64,000 nt of DNA from Pseudomonadota bacterium. GTDB taxonomy: Bacteria > Pseudomonadota > Alphaproteobacteria > Rhizobiales > Rhizobiaceae. The position numbers and the translations under genes were made by a program. The notes under the pieces were generated by a model. That model had not been told where the DNA came from, did not search any database, and saw only the letters and a list, made by a program, of their open reading frames with translations. Shown here one piece after another: positions 1 to 8,160 of the stretch. The DNA lies in contig JBCDKS010000018.1 of assembly GCA_038746275.1 (NCBI GenBank), positions 13,863 through 77,862 of the forward strand, in the 5' to 3' direction. The number at the start of each line of letters is the position of its first letter. Positions within the stretch are counted from its first letter, which is position 1.

Positions 1-32
1 CACCGGTTCCAGCAGAGGCAAGGGTGGTTTTC

Positions 33-746
33 ATGGGCCATGAGGATACACCCGAAACAGCTTCGATAAAGCCACGGGCGTTTTACGGGCGGCGCAAAGG
101 GCCTGCCTTGCGTGACTATCAGGCGGGTCTGATGGACACACTGTTGCCGACGTTGCTGCTCGATCCAAAAAGCAATCGGCCTGCCACTCTAGACGGGTTG
201 TTCGATCCTTCGCGCAGAGGCACGTGGCTTGAAATCGGTTTTGGCGGCGGTGAGCATCTCGCAGCACATCGTCATCTGAAGCCGGACTTTGGCTTCATCG
301 GTGTGGAACCGTTCATCAATGGAATGGCGAAACTGCTGTCCGTTTTGGACGATGAGGGTGCGCAGGGTGTGCGGCTCTACAATGATGATGCGACCGACAT
401 TTTGAACTGGTTGCCCGATGGTTGTCTCGACGGGATCGACCTTCTTTACCCGGACCCGTGGCACAAAAAACGCCACTGGAAGCGGCGGTTTGTGAACCCG
501 GCCAATCTTGATCGGTTTGAACGTCTGCTCAAACCCGGCGGCGTGTTTCGCTTCGCCTCAGACATTCCAGGCTACGTCAACTGGACCTTGCACCACCTCA
601 ACCAACATCAGGCTTTTGCATGGACGGCAGAGACAGGGTCCGATTGGCAGCAACCATGGGACGGTTGGGTGCGAACCCGCTATGAAGCCAAGGCCATCCG
701 CGAAGGGCGCACCCCCTGTTATCTGACGTTCCAGCGCAGCGTTTAG
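33..746 (+). CDS. trmB: tRNA (guanine-N7)-methyltransferase
   Basis: Motifs LEIGFGGGEH, GVEPF, LLYPDPWHKKRHWKRR, RFASD, TRYEAKA. ATG at 33; the ORF is open from GTG 24. Confidence 0.95.
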   Translation: MGHEDTPETASIKPRAFYGRRKGPALRDYQAGLMDTLLPTLLLDPKSNRPATLDGLFDPSRRGTWLEIGFGGGEHLAAHRHLKPDFGFIGVEPFINGMAKLLSVLDDEGAQGVRLYNDDATDILNWLPDGCLDGIDLLYPDPWHKKRHWKRRFVNPANLDRFERLLKPGGVFRFASDIPGYVNWTLHHLNQHQAFAWTAETGSDWQQPWDGWVRTRYEAKAIREGRTPCYLTFQRSV

Positions 747-978
747 CCTCGTCCCATGGGGAGATAACCAGCCAGTTGAGGCTCTCATCTGCCATCCCCA
801 AAGCACACATGTCGGTCGGCGCGTACATAGGGTTGTGCGTACCGATTTTGCAATTTTGCAGATTTGCGGCACACTCCCCTTCTCAACAAGGAGATAAGCC
901 GAAGCCAATTCGGCGCAGAACGAGGATGATTTTTACGGGCTTTTGCAAAGCCCATCACCGCGCGCTTGGGAGGAAACC

Positions 979-1404
979 ATGACGGTCCACTTTATTCTTG
1001 AAGCCAAAGGACGGGACGTTGCCACGGCCAGCCCGGACACGGCACTCAAAGACATCGCCGCACAATTGGCGGAACGGAAAATCGGTGCCTTGGTCATTGT
1101 GGACGGTGCCACTGTCAAAGGCATCGTGTCCGAACGTGACCTTGTGCGCCACATCGCCGACAACGGTTCCGCTGCATTAGAGATGGCTGTTTCTCAGTGT
1201 ATGACGTCGAAAGTGATTTCCTGCCAGCCCAGTGAGACCATTGATGACGTGATGGGCAAAATGACGGCTGGCCGCTTTCGGCACCTGCCGGTGATTCAAG
1301 ATGGGCAGCTCGCCGGGATCATCTCCATCGGTGATGTGGTGAAACGCAAGATTGAACAGACCGAACGGGATGCGGAAGAGCTGAAGCGGTATATTGCAGG
1401 CTAG
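979..1404 (+). CDS. CBS-domain protein (tandem CBS pair)
   Basis: GIVSERDLVR and GRFRHLPV...GIISIGDVVK motifs; GGAGG 5 nt before ATG 979. Confidence 0.9.
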   Translation: MTVHFILEAKGRDVATASPDTALKDIAAQLAERKIGALVIVDGATVKGIVSERDLVRHIADNGSAALEMAVSQCMTSKVISCQPSETIDDVMGKMTAGRFRHLPVIQDGQLAGIISIGDVVKRKIEQTERDAEELKRYIAG

Positions 1405-1442
1405 AGACAATCACTGCTTCTTTGAAAAACTGTTCGCCTGTA

Positions 1443-1596
1443 GATCATTTCTATCTTTGAAAGAATCGATCCTGTTATGGCGCTCAAGCTGTCGGCCTCA
1501 TGAGGCCTTCGCGACCCTAGATGGGAGAGGGACGGCCAATAAGCGCTGGGTTGCTCTTCGCAACCGAGCGGTTCAATCAAATTGTGAACCGCCCTA
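1443..1596. repeat. 154-bp intergenic multi-hairpin repeat, copy A (MITE/RIME-like)
   Basis: Aligns by eye, about 80% identical, with 63411-63564. Contains GGTTGC-tcttc-GCAACC and GAGCGGTTCA-N9-TGAACCGC hairpins. Confidence 0.85.
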
Positions 1597-1606
1597 ACTT
1601 GTTATT

Positions 1607-1658
1607 CTAACGCGGTTCCTTTTGCTCCAACGGTACCGTTTGAGCGGGAACGGCTCTA
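1607..1658 (-). repeat. Short palindromic repeat starting at the rutR stop codon (TAGAGCCGTTCCCGCTCAAACGG...)
   Basis: Similar to 63360-63396 and 26989-27011; its terminal TAG is the rutR stop. Confidence 0.6.
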
Positions 1659-2303
1659 TGGCTTCAATCCCTCGAGATAGAGCAGATCGAGAAAACGGGC
1701 GGCGTCTTCAAAACGACCATCGCCTTCCCCGGTACGGCCCAGAACCAAACGTACCTGCGTATCAAAATCCGCGTAGTGCTGTGTGGTGGCCCAAATTGAG
1801 AATATGAGGTGATGTGGGTCGCAAGGGGCCAGTTTCCCGTTTGCCATCCATGCCCGCATAACGTCTGCTTTTTCATCCACCAGCGCTTTGAGGTCTTTCA
1901 ACTCTTCTGTGAGGTGCGGTGCGCCACGGATCATCTCATTGGCAAACAAACGGCTCTCACGTGGATAATCCCGCGCCAGTTCCAACTTGCGACGCATATA
2001 GGAGCGGATCTCTGACAGGGGTTCCCCGTCTGGTTGCATTTGGCGCAAGGGTTCAAGCCAACTGTCCAGCAGACGGTCAAGAAGGCGACGATGAACATCT
2101 TCCTTGGTGCGGAAGTAATAGAGCAAGTTGGGTTTGGAGAGACCCGCCTGCTGGGCAATCTGGTCGATCGTAGTGCCGCGGAAGCCGTTTTCAGAAAACA
2201 CATCGAGGGCTGCGTTAAGAATTACGCTCTCCTTTTCCTGCTGAATGCGCGTGCGTTTGCGTGTTTGAGCCGCCCGGGGTTCGGACGCTGATGCGTCTTC
2301 CAC
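1656..2303 (-). CDS. rutR: TetR-family pyrimidine utilisation regulator (RutR-like)
   Basis: TetR HTH (GFRGTTIDQIAQQAGLSKPNLLYYF) plus ESRLFANE and IWATTQHYADF typical of the RutR C-terminal domain. GTG start at 2303 chosen from an upstream GGAGG. Confidence 0.88.
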   Translation of the reverse strand: MEDASASEPRAAQTRKRTRIQQEKESVILNAALDVFSENGFRGTTIDQIAQQAGLSKPNLLYYFRTKEDVHRRLLDRLLDSWLEPLRQMQPDGEPLSEIRSYMRRKLELARDYPRESRLFANEMIRGAPHLTEELKDLKALVDEKADVMRAWMANGKLAPCDPHHLIFSIWATTQHYADFDTQVRLVLGRTGEGDGRFEDAARFLDLLYLEGLKP

Positions 2304-2436
2304 CGGAGCAGTGTCCTCCCCCAGCGCGTGATCAAGATACGTTTCAATTGGCAAAAGACTGCGTGCTCCAAAAATACATAACAGCAGCGTTCGGCGCGCA
2401 TTTTGCGCTTGAGAGGCTGCGTGAAACCTGTAACCT

Positions 2437-2452
2437 TTGACCGGTTGGTAAA
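2437..2452. promoter_or_regulatory. RutR box in the rutR/ureidopropionase divergent region
   Basis: TTGACCGGTTGGTAAA versus consensus TTGACCAnnTGGTCAA. Confidence 0.75.
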
Positions 2453-2550
2453 AGTTTTGCCCGCTCATTTCAAAGAAAAGCGTAGTCCCCTGCGACCAGA
2501 CTGTCTTTGTACCAACTTGACGCGGGCGTGTCGCCAAAAACAGGGAGCCG

Positions 2551-3819
2551 ATGATGGGCGTAGAGGGTATTTCCAAACCGGGAGAAAATTTGCGGGTCAA
2601 CGGTGATCGGTTGTGGGACACGATCCACGAGATCGCCGAAATTGGCCCCGGCATCGCGGGCGGTTCCAACCGCCAAACCGTGACGGATGAAGACGCCGAA
2701 GGGCGCCGCCTGTTCCAGACATGGTGTGAAGATGCGGGCCTGACCATGGGCGTTGATCAGATGGGCACGATGTTCATGCATCGCGAGGGCACGGACCCGA
2801 ATGCGCTTCCGGTCTATGTCGGCTCCCACCTCGACACCCAACCCACCGGCGGGCGCTATGACGGCGTGTTGGGCGTGTTGGCGGGCCTGGAGATTGTGCG
2901 CACGCTGAACGACCTCGACATCAAGACCAAACACCCCATTGTGGTGACCAATTGGACCAACGAAGAAGGCACCCGTTTTGCTCCTGCTATGATGGCCTCC
3001 GGCGTGTTTGCCAAACAATTCACCCAGGACTGGGCCTACGCAAAAACCGATGCGGACGGCAAAACCTTTGGCGATGAGTTGGAGCGGATCGGCTGGAAGG
3101 GCGAAGAGACCGTCGGCGACCGAAAGATGAAGGCATTCCTGGAACTGCACATCGAGCAAGGTCCGATCCTGGAAGCCGAAGGCAAAGACATCGGCGTTGT
3201 CACCCACGGCCAAGGGCTGCGCTGGATCGAATGCACGGTGACTGGCAAAGAAAGCCATACCGGCTCAACCCCCATGCCCATGCGCAAGAATGCCGGGCGC
3301 GGCTTGGCCCAGATTACAGAGCTGGTGCACAAGATCGCCATGAAAAACGCCCCCAACGCTGTGGGCGCCATCGGCCATATCGACGTCTATCCAAACTCGC
3401 GCAACATCATTCCCGGCAAAGTCGTGTTCACCATCGATTTCCGCAGCCACGAGATCGATACGCTGAACAAGATGGTGCGCAAACTGGAGAAAAAAGCCCC
3501 CAAACTCTGCAAAAAGTTGGGTCTCGATTTTTCCTTCGAAATCGTCGGCCAGTTTGATCCGCCGGAGTTTGACAAAACGCTGGTGCAAAGCATTCGGGCC
3601 GCGTCCGAACGCCTCGGCTATTCGCACATGGACATCATTTCCGGCGCCGGCCACGACGCATGCTGGATCAACCGCGTCGCCCCCACAGCCATGATCATGT
3701 GCCCCTGCGTAGACGGGCTCAGCCACAACGAAGCGGAAGAGATATCAAAGGAGTGGAGCACAGCAGGCGCGGAAGTGCTGTTCCATGCCGTGGTGGAAGC
3801 AGCGGAGATTGTGGGGTGA
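2551..3819 (+). CDS. Zn-dependent hydrolase, beta-ureidopropionase / N-carbamoyl-amino acid amidohydrolase (M20 family)
   Basis: GSHLDTQPTGGRYDGVLGV, NWTNEEGTRF, ELHIEQGP, SGAGHDA; adjacent to dihydropyrimidinase. Confidence 0.92.
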   Translation: MMGVEGISKPGENLRVNGDRLWDTIHEIAEIGPGIAGGSNRQTVTDEDAEGRRLFQTWCEDAGLTMGVDQMGTMFMHREGTDPNALPVYVGSHLDTQPTGGRYDGVLGVLAGLEIVRTLNDLDIKTKHPIVVTNWTNEEGTRFAPAMMASGVFAKQFTQDWAYAKTDADGKTFGDELERIGWKGEETVGDRKMKAFLELHIEQGPILEAEGKDIGVVTHGQGLRWIECTVTGKESHTGSTPMPMRKNAGRGLAQITELVHKIAMKNAPNAVGAIGHIDVYPNSRNIIPGKVVFTIDFRSHEIDTLNKMVRKLEKKAPKLCKKLGLDFSFEIVGQFDPPEFDKTLVQSIRAASERLGYSHMDIISGAGHDACWINRVAPTAMIMCPCVDGLSHNEAEEISKEWSTAGAEVLFHAVVEAAEIVG

Positions 3820-4196
3820 GTGGTGATTTTACCAAAGAGAGCCTTGCTGAAGCGGTTTCAGTACAATTGACGCGTTCTGAAACTGTTGTCCTGGGCAGTT
3901 GCCTTGATCGACTGATAGAAAGTGGATCCAGCAAGACTATCGACGAGGCCCAACGTCAAGCTCTATGGGCGCTCACCAACAGTCTTGAAAAGGTATGCGC
4001 CGATTCTTTTCGACCTGATTACCTTGAGATTCTCGCCCTGAGTAAAACGCAAATGGGGACTTTTCCGAATGACCATCGTCAAAAAAACCACGATCATCGC
4101 CCTGTGTCTGGGCGGAATGACCGCCACGGCTCACGCCGCAAACGAACCTTATTCGGGTACAGACCAAGGCACACCCTTGACGCAAACTTTGCCTGA
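3816..4196 (+). CDS. Small hypothetical protein (126 aa as read); 3' end overlaps next gene
   Basis: GTGA overlap with the upstream stop and GGAG RBS; helical-looking core LTRSETVVL...QALWALTNSLEK...PDYLEIL. Confidence 0.5.
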   Translation: MSGDFTKESLAEAVSVQLTRSETVVLGSCLDRLIESGSSKTIDEAQRQALWALTNSLEKVCADSFRPDYLEILALSKTQMGTFPNDHRQKNHDHRPVSGRNDRHGSRRKRTLFGYRPRHTLDANFA

Positions 4197-4338
4197 AATT
4201 GTGGACCGCCATTTGGCTGCAGATGTGAGTGGGAACGCTGTTCGGATCTTGAAAAACGGTTGTTACATTTTTGAGTACCAAGACAAATTGTACCAAATCA
4301 TCGACGGAGATGGCGCTAAAGTCTGCACGAAACAGTAA
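4069..4338 (+). CDS. Small secreted hypothetical protein (89 aa)
   Basis: Signal peptide MTIVKKTTIIALCLGGMTATAHA; two Cys in the mature part. Confidence 0.7.
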   Translation: MTIVKKTTIIALCLGGMTATAHAANEPYSGTDQGTPLTQTLPEIVDRHLAADVSGNAVRILKNGCYIFEYQDKLYQIIDGDGAKVCTKQ

Positions 4339-4377
4339 CAAACTAAGAACTTGCACCACATGCGAGGAAGGTAATCC

Positions 4378-5832
4378 ATGACCACAACCATCAAAAACGG
4401 CACCATTGTTACCGCCGATCTGACCTATAAGGCGGACGTCCAGATTGATGGCGGGGTGATCACTGCTATCGGGCAAAACCTGTCCGGCGGCACCGAGCTT
4501 GATGCAACCGGTTGCTATGTCATGCCAGGCGGGATCGACCCGCACACGCATCTTGAGATGCCGTTTATGGGCACCTATTCGACGGATGATTTTGACACGG
4601 GCACACGGGCAGCGCTGTCCGGCGGCACGACCATGGTGGTTGATTTTGCCCTGCCCGCGCCTGGCCAATCGCTGCTGGAAGCGATCCAGATGTGGGACAA
4701 CAAATCCACCCGCGCGCATTGCGATTATTCCTTCCACATGGCGATCACATGGTGGAGCGAACAGGTGTTCGACGAGATGAAAATTGTCGTTCAGGAAAAG
4801 GGCATCAACACGTTCAAGCACTTTCTCGCCTATAAGGGCGCGTTGATGGTGAACGATGATGAACTTTACGCATCCTTTTCGCGCTGCGCAGAGCTGGGGG
4901 CCATCCCCATGGTGCACGCCGAGAACGGGGACGTGGTGGCCGAACTCTCCGCCAAATTGCTGGCCGAAGGTAATAACGGGCCAGAGGCTCATGCCTACTC
5001 CCGCCCGCCACAGGTGGAAGGGGAAGCCACCAACCGCGCCATCATGATCGCCGATATGACGGGGGCGCCGCTCTACGTTGTGCACACGTCTTGCGAAGAC
5101 AGTCACGAAGCCATCCGCCGCGCACGGTCGCAGGGCAAGCGTGTGTGGGGCGAGCCGCTGATCCAGCATTTGACCCTCGATGAAAGCGAGTATTTCGACA
5201 AAGACTGGGACCACGCGGCCCGCCGTGTGATGTCACCGCCCTTCCGCAACAAGCAGCATCAGGCTTCGCTCTGGGCCGGTCTGCAGTCCGGGTCCCTGTC
5301 CGTCGTGGCGACGGACCACTGTGCCTTCACCACCGAACAGAAACGCAATGGCGTTGGCGATTTCACCAAAATTCCAAACGGCACCGGTGGCCTTGAGGAT
5401 CGCATGCCCATGTTGTGGACCAACGGCGTCTCAACCGGCCGTCTAACCATGAACGAGTTTGTGGCCGTTACCTCCACAAACATCGCCAAAATCATGAACA
5501 TGTACCCCAAAAAAGGGGCGATCCTCGTTGGGTCGGATGCCGACATCGTGGTCTGGGACCCGGCGGCCGAAAAAACCATCACCGCCGACAAGCAGCAGTC
5601 AGCGATCGACTACAATGTTTTTGAAGGCAAACACGTCAAGGGTCTGCCGCGCTACGTCCTGTCCCGTGGCCACGTTTCGGTCATGGACGGTGCGGTGCAA
5701 AGCCAAGAAGGCCATGGCAAATTCGTGAAGCGCGAACCGAGTGGCCCCGTCAGCACTGCGCTTTCAACATGGAAAGAGCTGACCAATCCAACGCCCGTGG
5801 AACGCACAGGCATTCCGGCGACCGGGGTTTAG
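4378..5832 (+). CDS. hydA: Dihydropyrimidinase
   Basis: PGGIDPHTHLEMPFMG, INTFKHFLAYKGA, MVHAENG, ATDHCAF, GGLEDRM. Confidence 0.96.
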   Translation: MTTTIKNGTIVTADLTYKADVQIDGGVITAIGQNLSGGTELDATGCYVMPGGIDPHTHLEMPFMGTYSTDDFDTGTRAALSGGTTMVVDFALPAPGQSLLEAIQMWDNKSTRAHCDYSFHMAITWWSEQVFDEMKIVVQEKGINTFKHFLAYKGALMVNDDELYASFSRCAELGAIPMVHAENGDVVAELSAKLLAEGNNGPEAHAYSRPPQVEGEATNRAIMIADMTGAPLYVVHTSCEDSHEAIRRARSQGKRVWGEPLIQHLTLDESEYFDKDWDHAARRVMSPPFRNKQHQASLWAGLQSGSLSVVATDHCAFTTEQKRNGVGDFTKIPNGTGGLEDRMPMLWTNGVSTGRLTMNEFVAVTSTNIAKIMNMYPKKGAILVGSDADIVVWDPAAEKTITADKQQSAIDYNVFEGKHVKGLPRYVLSRGHVSVMDGAVQSQEGHGKFVKREPSGPVSTALSTWKELTNPTPVERTGIPATGV

Positions 5833-5870
5833 GTTTTTCTTGTTCGTCTCCACGACTTTACACAGTTTTA

Positions 5871-5922
5871 CCCTCCCCCTTGAGGGGAGGTCGGAGAGGC
5901 GGAGCCGGTCCGGGTGGGGGGT
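5871..5922. repeat. REP-like GC-rich palindromic element
   Basis: CCTCCCC-cttga-GGGGAGG hairpin followed by CCGGGTGGGGGGT; this form resembles alphaproteobacterial REP-like elements. Confidence 0.7.
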
Positions 5923-5925
5923 GCA

Positions 5926-6702
5926 ATGACCATTATTTCAGCCAATTCCCTCTCGCTTGCATTTGAAACCAATGACGGCCCTGTTCATGCTTTGTCGGAT
6001 GTTGATCTGACCGTTGAGAAAGGGGATTTTGTCTCCTTCATTGGGCCATCCGGGTGCGGAAAGACCACGTTTTTGCGGGTTGTGGCCGATCTGGAGCAGC
6101 CCACCGGTGGGACAATCAGCGTCAACGGGGTGACGCCGGATCAGGCGCGGCGGGAACGGTCTTTTGGATACGTGTTTCAAGCGGCCTCTCTGCTCCCTTG
6201 GCGCACGATTGAAAAAAATATCATGCTGCCGTTGGAGATCATGGGGTTCAGCAAGGCTGAGCAGATGGACCGCGTTCAGCGCGTGCTGGCGCTGGTGGAT
6301 CTTGAAGGCTTTGGCAAAAAATATCCATGGCAACTGTCCGGCGGCATGCAGCAGCGGGCGTCTATCGCACGGGCATTGGCTTTTGATGCGGATTTGTTGC
6401 TGATGGACGAACCCTTTGGGGCGCTGGATGAGATCGTGCGTGACCATCTTAACGAGCAACTGCTTGAGCTTTGGGAGCGCACCAACAAGACGATATGCTT
6501 TGTCACCCATTCCATTCCAGAAGCGGTTTATTTGTCGACCAAGATCGTCGTCATGTCGCCGCGCCCCGGTCGTGTGACGGATGTGATTGACAGCCCATTG
6601 CCCAAAGAACGACCCCTCGATATTCGCGAAACGCCGGAGTTCTTAGAGGTTGCGGCCCGGGTGCGCGAAGGCCTGCGGGCGGGGCACAGCTATGATGGGT
6701 GA
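5926..6702 (+). CDS. ABC transporter ATP-binding protein (TauB/NitT family; pyrimidine import)
   Basis: Walker A GPSGCGKT, signature LSGGMQQR, Walker B LLLMDEPFGALD. Confidence 0.95.
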   Translation: MTIISANSLSLAFETNDGPVHALSDVDLTVEKGDFVSFIGPSGCGKTTFLRVVADLEQPTGGTISVNGVTPDQARRERSFGYVFQAASLLPWRTIEKNIMLPLEIMGFSKAEQMDRVQRVLALVDLEGFGKKYPWQLSGGMQQRASIARALAFDADLLLMDEPFGALDEIVRDHLNEQLLELWERTNKTICFVTHSIPEAVYLSTKIVVMSPRPGRVTDVIDSPLPKERPLDIRETPEFLEVAARVREGLRAGHSYDG

Positions 6703-7153
6703 TGTGGTGATCCGCAAAGCAACGGCTGACGATTTGCCCGCTTGCGCCGCCGTGATCAACACATGGATGGATGAAACGGATGTGGTGCCGCGCATCTATA
6801 GCCATGAGAAAATTCGGTCTATGTTCTCACCCGATATTTTGAACAACCGCACCATGTGGGTGGCTATCCTTAACGGCTCCATCGAGGGATATCTGTCGCT
6901 GATTGATGGCGGCAATGTCCGGGGTCTGTATCTCAGCAACGCGCTGCGCGGGCGAGGCATGGGCCAGCGGTTGATGGCTGTCGCCAAGGCGGCGCATCCG
7001 TCGTTTCTGGAACTCGGCGTCTTTGAGACCAATCATAAAGCGCGAGCATTTTACGAGCGTGAGGGTTTTGTCGAGGTGCCCGAAAAACGGGATGACAATA
7101 CGCAGGAAGGGGTGCCGGTACTGTTCATGCGCTGGGAGGGGACAAACGTATGA
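6692..7153 (+). CDS. GNAT-family N-acetyltransferase
   Basis: LYL...LRGRGMGQRL acetyl-CoA motif A; N..ARAFYEREGF motif B. Confidence 0.88.
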   Translation: MMGDVVIRKATADDLPACAAVINTWMDETDVVPRIYSHEKIRSMFSPDILNNRTMWVAILNGSIEGYLSLIDGGNVRGLYLSNALRGRGMGQRLMAVAKAAHPSFLELGVFETNHKARAFYEREGFVEVPEKRDDNTQEGVPVLFMRWEGTNV

Positions 7154-7190
7154 GGATGGCGGTGGCTGATAGTGCCGGGGGGCGTGGTCT

Positions 7191-8084
7191 TTGACAAAGC
7201 CCGTGAACCGCACACTGCCCGTCCTTACGGTTCTCCTTGTGATCTTCGCGTTTTGGTACGCGATGGTGGTGGTGATGAATGCGCCGTTTGTGCGCGATCA
7301 GGCGGAACGGGCGGGCCAACCGGCGCCAACACTGTCGCAACTCGTTCCCATTACAATGGTGCAGGACCGACCGGTTCTGCCTGCGCCACACCAGGTGGTG
7401 GCCGAGATTTGGAAAACCACTGGCGCGATGATTCAAAAAGGTCGCCCGTTTTCCAAACGGTCCCTGATCTATCACGGCTGGATTACGCTTTCAGCCACCC
7501 TTCTGGGTTTCTTGATCGGCACGGCGCTGGGTATCGCGTTGGCGGTGGGCATTGTGCACAACCGGGCCATGAACAAATCGGTCATGCCGTGGGTGATCAC
7601 ATCACAAACCATCCCGATCCTCGCCATAGCGCCGATGATCATCGTGGTGCTCAATGCGGTGGGCATCTCGGGCCTTTTACCCAAGGCGCTAATTTCGACG
7701 TACCTGTCCTTCTTTCCAGTCGTCGTGGGCATGGTGAAGGGGCTGCGGGCACCGGACCGGGCGCAGATGGACCTGATGCACACCTATAGCGCGTCCACCG
7801 CCCAGACATTTTGGAAGCTGCGCTGGCCGTCCTCCATGCCATACTTGTTTACGTCGCTTAAAATTGCCATCGCCGCGTCTTTGGTGGGAGCGATTGTCGG
7901 TGAGATGCCGACCGGCGCCGTAGCAGGTCTGGGAGCGCGCCTTCTGGCGGGGTCGTACTACGGGCAGACGATCCAAATATGGTCGGCGCTGTTTGTGGCA
8001 GCGGCTCTAGCGGCCACCTTGGTTGCGTTGGTGGGGCTGGCCCACAGCTATGTGCTGCGGCGGATGGGGGAGAAGTCGGCTTGA
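7191..8084 (+). CDS. ABC transporter permease
   Basis: Multiple TM helices; SQTIPILAIAP; EAA-like LRWPSSMPYLFTSLKI. TTG start. Confidence 0.92.
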   Translation: MTKPVNRTLPVLTVLLVIFAFWYAMVVVMNAPFVRDQAERAGQPAPTLSQLVPITMVQDRPVLPAPHQVVAEIWKTTGAMIQKGRPFSKRSLIYHGWITLSATLLGFLIGTALGIALAVGIVHNRAMNKSVMPWVITSQTIPILAIAPMIIVVLNAVGISGLLPKALISTYLSFFPVVVGMVKGLRAPDRAQMDLMHTYSASTAQTFWKLRWPSSMPYLFTSLKIAIAASLVGAIVGEMPTGAVAGLGARLLAGSYYGQTIQIWSALFVAAALAATLVALVGLAHSYVLRRMGEKSA

Positions 8085-8107
8085 TGTTTCCGTATACGCA
8101 CCATACC

Positions 8108-8152
8108 GCCCCCCCTCTGACCCTGCTCCGCAGGGCCATCTCCCCCGCGAGG
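8108..8152. repeat. Partial REP-like element between the two permeases
   Basis: CCCCCCTCTGACCCTGCTCCGCAGGGCCATCTCCCCCGCGAGG, with an internal CCCTGC/GCAGGG hairpin. Confidence 0.5.
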
Positions 8153-8160
8153 CTCAACCC

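Noticed and set aside
937-953. GGGCTTT-tgc-AAAGCCC hairpin before the CBS gene
   Set aside because: Short, does not cover the SD, and has no further support.
3973-5214. 413-aa antisense ORF opposite hydA
   Set aside because: No recognisable motifs; a typical shadow frame of a GC-rich coding strand.
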